Assembly (NCBI GenBank): GCA_964035545.1
Contig: OZ037765.1
Location: forward strand, 9,620,698-9,684,697
DNA from: Bugula neritina
Lineage: Eukaryota > Animalia > Bryozoa
Reading direction: 5' to 3'
Length of the DNA stretch: 64,000 bases
This document shows, one piece after another, positions 1-12,100 of the stretch; the first letter of the stretch is position 1; every line of letters starts with the position of its first letter. The notes beneath the pieces are model-generated. The model made no database searches, had not been told where the DNA came from, and worked only from the letters and a program-made list of their open reading frames with translations. The position numbers were made by a program, and so were the translations under genes.

Positions 1-166
1 AGAAAAACAAACAGATAAAACTAGAAAACTTGATTATCTATAAACAATACATTTCTGGTAAATTACTACCTATTGCCACTAGGACTGACAATTTAAACAA
101 ATGTTTTAGACTTATTAAAAAGTGAACAACTATTATATTTAGATCGGCACTTTTAGCTGTAAATAC

Positions 167-3100
167 CTTGAATCAAGTGTTTTCAGCCCCAATGGGCCTA
201 CCAGATGTGTTTCTACCATTTCAAGTGCCACTACCGCCTTTTCTGTGGTAAATAGATGGGGTGCCTACAAATAGAATAAAATATACTCAATCAATACAAT
301 TTCAGCTACGTTTACGCAAATAATTTAATAACTACACATGGCAAAAGTTTCACTTCGGTATAAAGGTACAAAAGGATTTTGTAATATTGCTATATGTAAA
401 GATTCTTACTACTACAATAGCAATGGGAAAGTTGGGCCTCAACTGATAGTCAGTCCAAGCAGTAGACGAGCCAACTAGATCTTTATATATGTTGTGTTTG
501 TTAATCAGCTCTGGGTGTGGATCAACATCTGTACTGGTGTAAGTTCCATCAACAAAAAAGTACTTTTCAAAGTTTCTTTCTATTAAGTTACTCCAGACAC
601 TGAATGTCACCAGTTGGCTATGAGACCATTCTAAATAAAAATATATAAAACAAGTTACGGAATGTTCACTGAAGAAATATATTGGACAAATGAAATAAAT
701 TTTGACCAAATAAAGTATGGGGTCATTCCGCGTCAACTCAACCAATGGCCCACGCCTTTGCGTCTCAGATTTTGTTCATATTTACACCAAATAGACCTAC
801 ACATGTTCTGAGTACTTTTCTTGAATATTTCTGGCCTGACACAAAAAGTTTTTGAGAAATGACTATTTCTATGAACAAAGGTTGGGAAAAATTTTGAGGA
901 AAATTTGCGATTTTTACTTTTAGACCAATTTGTAAACGTCCATATCTCCATTATTTTTCTAGACTGAGCCTTAAAAGTTGGTGTGTGATTTGATAACACC
1001 TATTAATTTGCACTAGTAGTAACACATACTGCAGAATACTTTGTGTGCATATATGCTAAGCCATTGAATATTGGCAAATTTTTATAAATTTTGAAAAATT
1101 TTGAATATTTGCCACATCACAAAAGGCGTTAATTTTTATTTTACTTCCATGAATTTTTATCCATAAATAGTTGATTATGGTTACTTTATACTCCTTAATT
1201 TTTGTAATTTTAAAAATAATATTTTCTGAGATATAGACACCCAAAGTGAAGAAAATGTGAAAATTCGCCCAACTTCACAAGGATGTAACCCGATGTTTGA
1301 ATACATTAAAATCTTTCAAACAAGCATTTTCTGTAACGTCATTTAGTGTATTTTGTAGATTCATAAATTTGAACGTCCTTATATTGTCCAAACTTGAAGT
1401 AAATCGCACGGAAAAATGGTATGCGTACGAAAATCGGCAAATTGCAATTTTTCAATATAATATGTTGGGATCATACATATTTTATTATTCATATTGTTCA
1501 AAATATCAGGTAGATACATATATGTTTCCTATATATGTCAAATCTACTGAAGATTACAAGAAAATCTGATTTGTGTGTAATATCGTAAGAAAAATTCTGC
1601 CGATTGGCATTATATGATATTCCCATTAAGTTTCAGGTAGCAACTGTTATTTCTGTGAGTGAATGGTGTGAAACAGCTGAAATCTTGCTGGAATCAAGTA
1701 CATTAAGTAGCTGAGGCAAGGAAGGCTTCAAAAGCATACCCAAATATACCACCATGGCCCTGAACACAATAGGCCTAATTAATTCAATGACGGTGGTGTT
1801 TAATACATGCCGAAAATAATTGTGGCTTTTGAAACAGATGGGCCTAAATATAGCACAATGGCCCTAACCTCGCCCTAATTTGGTTAGTACTGGTTAAAGA
1901 ATCAAGTAATTGGCGTCATGCCATGTCTAATGTTCATCATCCTTAAAAAATTTACAACTCTCTTTTTCATAGCTGGAAGCAATGGTCTTCCAACTTTAGT
2001 ATCTGATTCAGACAGAACTCTTTTTGCAGTCTGCTGGCTTGCTGTGCTAGGTAATTGTTGGGTTTTTACATAAGCTGGGAAAGTTTTTTCCTAACACATG
2101 ATAGCTTTTCACATGTCATCTCAGCTATAATTATTATGCTTTTCCATTTTCATTATAGCTAATACACAAAAGCTAACTTTTTTACGACTATAAAAACCCA
2201 GCGGTTTTTTTCTTATCCAGACTTGCTTTTCACACTTGTACTGGCAACTTGTAACTCATGAGATAACCCTTTTTTACGTTGCTATTTCTTCAGTCTGCTA
2301 CTATAATAAATATTTATTTTTCTAACTTGAAACACAACGATAATTGTTTACTCCAAATTCTATAGATGCCTTATCAATGGTCCATATTTCTGGTGCCAAT
2401 GTCAATAACTGGACCTTCTTTTGTCCCAAAGAAACTTTCACCTTATTCAAGGAACATATTATTATGTTCAAATCTTTATGATTAATAGGCTTTATACAGG
2501 CATTTGTTGCTTCTGGGTGGAGTTCCTCTCCCTCTATACTTGCAACTGTGGCAACCTTCTTAGCAATGACCTCCTCCACTAGATTGTTTTTTCCCCATAG
2601 TTCACTTTACTGGAAGGGCTAATTTTTGGGGCTTTCTTGGTATAATTCTACTCTTTTGAACTGTAGAATCTGAGAGAAACTGTGCAATATTAATTGCTTT
2701 AAAAAACCTGAGCTCTCAGAATACTCTCAGGAAACTAAAAGTGAAATATGATGCATTTCTTGAAGTTGAGAATTAAGGAAGCACAGACACTAAACACTGG
2801 AATGACAGAATTGGAAACTTCTCCCTTGAAAGCTGCAAAATTAGCCCATCCAGTAAAGTGAGCTATAGGAAAATAAAATGAAAGAAAGTGCAGGAGGTCA
2901 TTACTGAAAAGGTAGAAACAGTCTAGGGTATAGATGAAGAAGAACTCCACCCAGAAGCAACAAATGTCTGTATGAAGCGTAGTAATCATAAATATTTGAA
3001 CAAATTAGTATGATCCTTGAATAAGGACACGGAAGTTTTCTTGTGACTAGAGAGGGTCTAGTTATTGACATTAGCACAAAAAGCTGGACCATCGATAGAA

Positions 3101-6100
3101 CAGCCATAGAATTTGGAGCAAACAATTACCTGGCCCAGCAAGCCAGAAAACAGCAAAGGAAATTCTGTTTGAACGAGATGGTAAAGTTGGAAGACCATTC
3201 TCTCTACATTTAAAAAAAAAAGTTGTAGATTTTTTCAGGATGATGAATATTATTCTTAGCCTGGGCAAATTACTAACCTGATTAGGGTGAGGTTAGGGCC
3301 ATTCTGCTATATTTAGACACGGTCTGTTTCAAAAGCCACAATTGTTTCCAGCATGCAGTAACCCCCACGTTGATCTAATTCGGCCTATTGTATTCAGGAC
3401 CATGGTGTTATATTTGGGTATGCTTTTTGAAGCCTTCCTTGCCTCAGCTACTTAATGTACTTGATTCCAGCAAGATTTCAGCTGTTTCACACCATTCACT
3501 CACAGAAATAACAATTGCTACCTGAAACTTAATGGGAATATCATATAATGCCAATCGGCAGAATTTTTCTTATGATATTACACACAAATCAGATTTTATT
3601 GTAATCTTCAGTAGATTTGACATATATAGGAAACATATATGTATCTACTTGATATTTTGAACAATATGAATGATAAAAAATGTATGATCCCAACATATTA
3701 TATTGAAAAATTGCATTTTGCCGATTTTCGTACACATACCATTTTCCCGTGCGATTTACTTCAAGTTTGGACAATATAAGGATGTTCAAATTTATGAATC
3801 TACAAAATACACTAAATGACGTTGCAGAAAATGCTTGTTTGAAAGATTTTACTGTATTCAAACATCAGGTTACATCCTTGTGAAGTTGGGCGAATTTTCA
3901 CATTTTCTTCACTTTGGGTGTCTATATCTCAGAAAATATTATTTTCAAAATTACACAAATTAAGGAGTATAAAGTCACCATAATCAACTGTTTATAGATA
4001 AAAATTCATGGAAGTAAAATAAAAATTGACGCCTTTTGTGATGTGGCAAATATTCGAATTTTTTCAAAATTCATAAAAATTTGCCAATATTCAATGGCTT
4101 AGCATATATGCACACAAAGTATTCTGCAGTATATGTTATTACTAGTGCAAATTGATAGGTGTTATCAAATCCCACACCAAATTTTAAGGCTCAGTCTAGA
4201 AAAATAATGGAGATATGGACATTTACAAATTGGTCTAAAAGTAAAATTCGCAAATTTTCTTCAAAATTTTTCCCAACCTTTGTTCATGAAAATAGTCATT
4301 TCTCAAAAAGTTTTTGTGTCAAGCCAGAAATATTGAAGAATAGTACTCAGGACATGTGTAGGTCCATTTGGTGTAAATATGAACAAAATCTGAGACGCAA
4401 AGGCGTGGGACTTTCTGAAATTTGGTTGATTTGACACGGAATGACCCTATGCATTTACCACATTTACTGCTAACTAGTAAAGTAGCCCCACCTGGTTTCT
4501 TCACAGCTACTCCTTCAAACGGGTATTTATTTTTCTTAGAAAGATCCGATAGCCATTTCACCGTAGATGCACACAAGCCTACCAACTCCACTGCCGAGCC
4601 ATCCCTGCAGTAAAATAGCTTGCTATAAATGCGACACAACACGTCATAATTGTACACACCAGTTGCTATAGCTTTATGCTTGCTTATGTTTTATTGTGGA
4701 GTAATTCAAACAGATGCTAAATTTCAGTGCTAAAGCCTGTAGAACTATGATAAATAATCATCACCCTGAAAATGTATCTTAGAAGAATTCATCTCTATTT
4801 TTAACTGAAGTGTTTAGAAACACCTGGGAAAAATAGTTATAGTTAAAACATATCACATCTATTACCTTGGCGTTGCAGGTTTCCCTTTATTTCCAGCTTT
4901 ATCACTGGAGCCCATCTTGTCCATCCACGTGCCACAGTTATGAGAATTACCACCAAACACAAAGCCTGTGTTCCAATCTATACCAGCTTCTACAGTAAAC
5001 CCCTCCTCTCTCATGTGCTCATCAATAGCCTTTCCAGCATTTCTCTCTCTGAAGCATATGCCGTCTGCATGTCGCTGTAAGGCTTCTTGCATCACCTCAG
5101 CCAGTGGTTGGGTCTAATAAATCCATCAATTAACCAAAGCTGATAATTTAACATCATGTTATATTAAAATAACTTGATGCTTCTCTGCTATAAATATTGA
5201 AACTCTATAGAATTAGTTGACAACAAATAAATTGCATTGGATCTCACACAAATCAATAACATTAGAAAAAACTTGTCACAAAATAGAAATTTACAGCAAG
5301 CAATCAACAGCATACTAAAATTCATTAAAACATGCAATGAAACCATCTCAACCCATCATAATCATTGTCCAGTCTTACAATGAAGAAAGCGGTTAGCTCC
5401 TGCCGCAAGTACTTGAATATACAACTAACACTCACATACCTTGTAACCCGCTCCATAAGGCTCACTATCATCAGTATGGAAGATTCTCAGCAGCTCCTCT
5501 TTGAAGATCTCGTGACCCTGAGGTACAAAACTGCAATAGTCTTGAATAGCCTGAAACCACCACCACACAGCATCCCTACAGTTGTATCGGGCGTGCACAC
5601 CTTCTCCGTGCAGATTAGGTATAAGTCCATGACGCAATGTAGCAGCAAACGACAATATTATTGCCCTACAACAATATACGCAATCATCTTAAAGATGCGA
5701 TTGGACTCTGTCATAAGTAAGACGTATAATTATGTCTATTATTTTTGGGTCTGCAGAAGTTACAATAATTGAAAAAGAAGATTAATCAGACTGTGTGTGT
5801 TTATTATCAGCATTTCTACTAACTTAGCTTCATGAAACCTTTCAGTGACCAGCATTAGACCCCTGAGAGCTATGAATGTGTCTCTACCCCAGATTCTCAT
5901 CAGCCCCTCCGAGAAATGAGGTAAACCTGAGTGTGAGCAGACAAGATGGCATTTACAACAACCACCACAGCTAGAACCAGTATTTTCAAGTTGTATTCAT
6001 ATACCAAAAAATTCAAATCTATGAACGACAGGCTAGTCTCTCACTATTATAATTTTATAAAGAGAAATGAGAAACAATGAATGCATACCTGCTGATATGC

Positions 6101-9100
6101 TGACCAGATCAACTTCCTCAGTTACAGGATGTTTATACTGAAGCTCTAGAGAAGGGGTCAACTTAGCAAGCTGGGCTGTGCCCACCTTCCCACAAAACTG
6201 TAAAGTGCATAAGGCTAACTCTTTGGCAAGTGGTGAACCCTGACTGGCAAACCTGTGAATGTATACAGACATTGCTGAATGCTTTTTATAATGGTTTGAA
6301 TATCAGTGCGTTACCAGATATACAACACTAATTATATATAGAAATTGTTTCACTGGTGCAATAGAGACAACAAAATAATGTTTATATAGAATTTACTAAA
6401 GTAAACTGTGCACTGCCAGAAATATCAATGTAATTACCGTGAAAATTGCCGGTAATGTAGTCAACAGAATTGATGTAAATTAATTAAAGGAGAAAACTTA
6501 CATGCCCAGCTTACTCCATGCAGTCTGATATATCATCAAGGATAGAGCAGCCATTAATATATCAAAGTAACAGGGAATAAGATAACGAGGTAACAGCATA
6601 ACAGGCTTAAAGATTGACGTCACAAACTCAGAGAACTGAAAAGTATAAAAATAATGTGTTAATTAGACTTGTTGCAATTATAATATAAGCTAATTAAAGC
6701 ACTAGTGAACTAATGACAGTTGATGATACCTGCTTAAGAGATGGGTACATGGCAAGCCGACTTGTAGTGTATTCAAACAACCAGTTTCCTGCTCTAATGT
6801 TCTGACAGAGAGGATGCCCAAGGTCGTTGCTACTCCGAATTCTGCTCATAACCGAAAAGATTCCTGTATAAAAGGTATGAGATATTAACAACAATTAATT
6901 CTCACCGAATTCGTTTTAGTTCTTGCAGGTAACGGGTTAACAACAATCCGTGCTAATACTGAATTAATACTAAATTCGTAACTGTGAACTAATAATATAT
7001 CGACGTATTGCTTAAAAAAAATGAAAGGCTAACATATTTGCTGTAGAAGTTTGTATCCTTATACGAATAAATCACTTAGCAGTAAAAATCAAAACTGTAT
7101 CCATTGTAATACTAAAACAGTGAACATAGCGACTACCAATTAGTAACTCACAACTAATAATATATAAACCTGCTGCTTACATGAAAGCAAACAAGTGACA
7201 TATTCTGTAGAGGTTTGAATACTTAGCAGACTTAGCAGCATGGAGCAAAATTGTGCCCATTGTGGCTCCCAGAACAGCAAACATAAGCTCTACCAGTGTT
7301 GGCTTGGTAGTGAAGAATAAACTGAGATATACTACACTTACCCTGTAAGCCAGTGTAGACTAGTGGGCCATAATCAGGGATATTGTAGCTACCAAACCCA
7401 CTGATGACTCGCTCCTCAGCTTCACAGTGATATAAGATTGCATTGAGATCTGATAATGTCAGTTTAGACATCATGGTATCTATTTCGTCTAAAAATGTCG
7501 TGCAATGATAAAACTTTACCAATCACTGTCAATATACCAACAATAAAATTTAATGCACACAATGACAATAAATCCAACGGTATTCAGATGTATGTATTAA
7601 ATATACAATGCAAACACAAAATTAAATAATATTTATTATTAATATCAAATATTATATCAACTGCAGCAGCCTACTCTAAGAAGCAACATTATATGATAAT
7701 AAATGCAGACTAAGATTGGACATAAATCTACATTGTGACCCCAAAGTTGATCGCCTATTTACAGATAAGTCATTCTCAATTAGTGATCAATAATCGACAA
7801 GATTTCTATCACCAAATAGATGTTACATTGACAATATTTACTGAGCGACAAGTAAGTGAATAAGTGGGTTAGAGTCTGTATCTACAAGGCTGAATCAGAC
7901 AGTAGTTAAGTACTTACTACTAGAGAAAGCCAACACTGTACCAACCTGTATCTCCACTGGTAGACTTGCAGGCAGTCTTGCATAAATTAATTGCAGACAC
8001 AGATTTGAATACCTCCGTGGCGGCATCAGTTAGGTCAGCATTAGGCTCCACGCTGTAAACAAATTATTTCTAAATAAGAGAATGAAAACTGAAATGAAAA
8101 GGTTTCATTACCTTGATATTATTTACGGTTAACGATAAAATGAGCTCTAAAATCCTGATGATACAAAACAAGCAGCAACAAGGATTCTTGAAATAAGAAC
8201 TTTTTGGTCTGACTTATAAATTCAACAGAAATAGTATTTACCAACCAAGACACGACAGCTACTCAAAACACAAGTACTGTGTAGACAAATGTTACCTAAC
8301 CTAACCCCAGCAATACCATCTTTATAATAATAAGCCACATGCTAAAATTACTGGAATACAATTTTATAATAAATTTGGGTGTCACCGTTTCAAAAATCAC
8401 AAAACATTAGAAAAAACATGTATATGCAAAATGCTGTATTGGTATCCAGCACATAGCAGCATTGCATTTATTAAAAGTCACAACCAATTTTTTAAGAATA
8501 ATACCAAAAAGACAAAAACTAAACTAAATATTATTCTACTCCAGCAATCAACACCTAAAAAGTTACTTCAACCACAGATATAAATACAAGAACTTTGCTG
8601 ATTTCCAACATAATAATTTACCTAATGATTAGAACAGTACCAGGTGGGAAATAATTGAACACAATTCGTTGCATAGTGGGAGTTATCTGACTAAATTCCA
8701 GCCCATGAATATCAGTGATGTCTACATCTGTTTGTGTGTTAGTGGTGTAAGAGGTCAAGCCATTCAAATATTTGTCATGTTTGGTAAATCCTGGTGATTC
8801 ACACTTTCCTTCTACTCTACTGTATAACTTTACATTTGAAATACTACCTGCAAAAATATCAAACTTATCTTCATTTAAAAATATTATAATATTCAATAGC
8901 CAACCCTGTAAAATGAACTTACAAGAATGCATTAAAATGTGTTTCTTCAAGTTTAGCTTAGCATGTGCGTCATAATTTATGATAACCGATGTTTTAGTAT
9001 GGTCGTGTATGGTGTATGCGTCTATCATACCTTTGAAGTAATACTTTTTGCTTTTAAAACTGATTATGTAACTAGTACAACTCACACACCTTCAAATGAG

Positions 9101-12100
9101 AGATGATCACAGTTAGGATTGACGTCATCATTGAGATTGGAAGCACTTCTCACAACCCCGATAACAGACTTATGAGTCAAAGGGTTATGTCTGGTCATGG
9201 AAACAACGCTTGCACTCAAGTCATGAACATAAACCTGTTGATTAAAACATATTAGAAGAAATGTATTGAGCTAAATTTTAAACTATATTGCATTTACCAA
9301 ATCATAAGAACTGTAAAACGAGCTATAAATGCAATAGCAAAGTAACCAACAATTATAAAAACAACAGCAAAAAAGTTTTTGTACTATATTAGATGATGCA
9401 GCAAGAAACAAAGTAAAAGGTGGTCAAGTAACTGAACTGCAGCACATAAAACACTGAGAAAAAGTTTTTAAATAACAGCACTGCAAGACACACATAAACT
9501 TATAGGATTTCAAAGAGCTCATTCCAGAGCAAAAGATGAAAAGTGAAACTTAAGTTTGGGTATTGGCCCAAGGTAGAGAAAATGCAAGAGACAATTAGTT
9601 ATCTCTTAATGCAGAGAGAATCTACCTGGGAGTAGCCACTGCCTCCCATTAACTGGTGAAGAGAGTTGAGAATTTTCTTAGCGGAGATAATCCCAGTGTT
9701 CTCTGAGCAGTATTGAGGCAGATCTGTGGGTCGAGTGCTCCAGCTGCTGTACAAACGGGTTTCTTGCACAATGTCTATCTACGTGACATAAAGAATGCGT
9801 CAAACAAGAAGCTCTACTGCTGTATCACTATCAGTGTTGTATTTATATAACTATTGCATTTAATAAAGTGGCTAAAACTCTGTAACTACTAATTAGCTGT
9901 AAATAGCATACAGTTTGAAAAAATATATACAAAGGTGAAGACACTAAAATATAAAGATAGGTCACAGCATCCATTAGATTGACTCAACATAATATTAATA
10001 TCATTCAATTCTGGGGCACATTACGGGTAAATTTAAAACTCCATGAAGTGTAATATTTTGTAATGCAGATAAAACATAAATTGGCTCCACCATGTTAGCA
10101 TAAAAAAGTTAAACCAACTACCAAACTAGATGTGCGACAGCTGAATATACAAGATGCCAAGCAGAGTTGGCATAGAGAGTCTTACATGGTGAGGAATAAA
10201 CTCATCAAATCCTCTGTTGCTGCCGACAGCACAGCAAGACATTGCAACAGCCGCTGCCAGAGGTAGAGAGTCGTTAATTGTTCTCCCATACTAAAACAAC
10301 ATTACAAACAATGTAAACTGTACGCACAACACAGTGACTGCACATCCAACTACCTTATCTGCATTTAATTGAAATAACAAGATTGAACCCTCAATGCACA
10401 TCTACAGTTGGGTAGAAATATATTTGACCTAATAACATCTCATAGGGGTTTATTGAAACATGATTGTCATATCGGGCTAAATAGCAAATAATAAAGTTAA
10501 GAAATGCCTTCGATTACATACTACCAAAAGCTTATTGTAGCATATCACAATGAATATATACCTGTTTGGCTGTAATAGACTCATTATCATGAGTGGCGTC
10601 CATGAAGAGTGCATGTGCGACTGACGGGGCCAATACTTGCACTGAAGGCTGTACGAAAGAGCCGACAGGTTTGCCACCATACCTGTGCACCATCCGCCCC
10701 AAATCAGACATACTGTTAGATGACAAAGCCTCTATAATGAAACATTTCTCAACTACAGCGAAGTCAAATAAGAGTACCTTGCTGATGTTTTTCTACAGGT
10801 GACATTAATAAATAACTGTAGCAATCATACTGCGCAACTGCATACAATTATAATTTTTATTTGTATCATTGAACAACCAACAATGTATTTGAATGCCAAT
10901 ATGGCATGATGGCTTGATCACACGACCACGCTAAAATAATATCAATAGTCGACTAAATATGAAAAAAAAACTAAGATTAAAATAAATTGAAATTTCCCTG
11001 TTTTAAAGTACTGATTGCCACAAACATAAGAAAGCAGAGCAAACCTCTTATGAGTGAGTTTAATCCCAGCCTGTTGACAAAGATGTTATCTGTACTTTCA
11101 TTGGATGTGAACAGTTCAGCCACAACATAGAGATTTGGCCTTATTCTACGTGCAAGCTTCATCATATGCTAAAACACAATGTATGTTTGCGTGACACAAC
11201 TCTACCTAATCGCTGATAAGCTAATACAAAACATCTTGAAATTTAAATAACGAGCTACTAAACATAATATATATAAAATTGAAAATAATTCAATAGGCAA
11301 CATGATAGTATTTTATAATTGGAAATAGTGGTTAGAACAATGGCTTATCAAAGACAAGGTCAGTTTTTTTAATCTAAGCAAAGCTCATTGGTGATCATAT
11401 GTAGGAAATACGGTCATAATTTGTTTCGTTGTTACAATAGAAAACAAATCTTTCAAAAAATTGTTTGACAACCCCTTCCACAGGTATTTCTCAAAGTGAT
11501 GGCGACTATAAGAATGAGTACACTTTGAGTGAGGCACTGAAACTACATTTATTTACAATAAAAAAAACAAAGACTAAGAAAAATAGCAGAAACTGAAGCA
11601 AGCCAGCTAGGGATTTAACCTCATCAATGTAAGTATCGACTAAGACTACAGCTGAGTAGATGGCTTAGACAGACCTCCGCAACATGTAGAGGAGTGCTGT
11701 GACAATTATCCAGCCTGATGCCATGAAATATTTCAACAGTCTGTCTGGTATACTCTTCCATCCGCTGCCACAAGTGTGGGCTGTCCTCGGGCTTATCCCC
11801 ATATCTCAGCTTTAAACAGTCTCCCCACACAACCAGCTCCCTCCGTAAATACACACTGGAATCTAGAACACAGACCAGAGCAGAGATGTCACGAGAAATC
11901 ACACAGCAGTGCTGAGAAATTAGATTACATGAACATACATATAGCATATGCATCGAATTGATTCAAGAGCATATCAATTTACTGCTATTTTCATGTGCAG
12001 GTTGATATTGCTAATCTTCTTCAACATCATATTGAATTAACTTAATAAGGTAAATTTATAACCTTTTTGTGAAAAATTAATCCGTCCAACTTTGATTTAA

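Larger units (their letters stand above)
720..4447. mobile_element. Non-autonomous Sola2-like DNA transposon with foldback structure, inside the AGL intron 631-4491
   Basis: Ends GGGTCATTCCG(C/T)GTCAA at 720 and its reverse complement ending at 4447. 4-bp TSD TATG at 716-719 and 4448-4451. About 1 kb of near-identical TIR (720-~1750 vs ~3410-4447). GRG ends, a 4-bp TSD and very long TIRs match the Sola2 description. Superfamily call is from recall, not a search. Confidence 0.85.

Noticed and set aside
733-4434. Paired similar ORFs 733-999/4159-4434 and 1297-1569/3589-3861
   Set aside because: They are mirror images produced by the TIRs, mostly lack true ATG starts and show no protein-like motif; not a duplicated gene pair.
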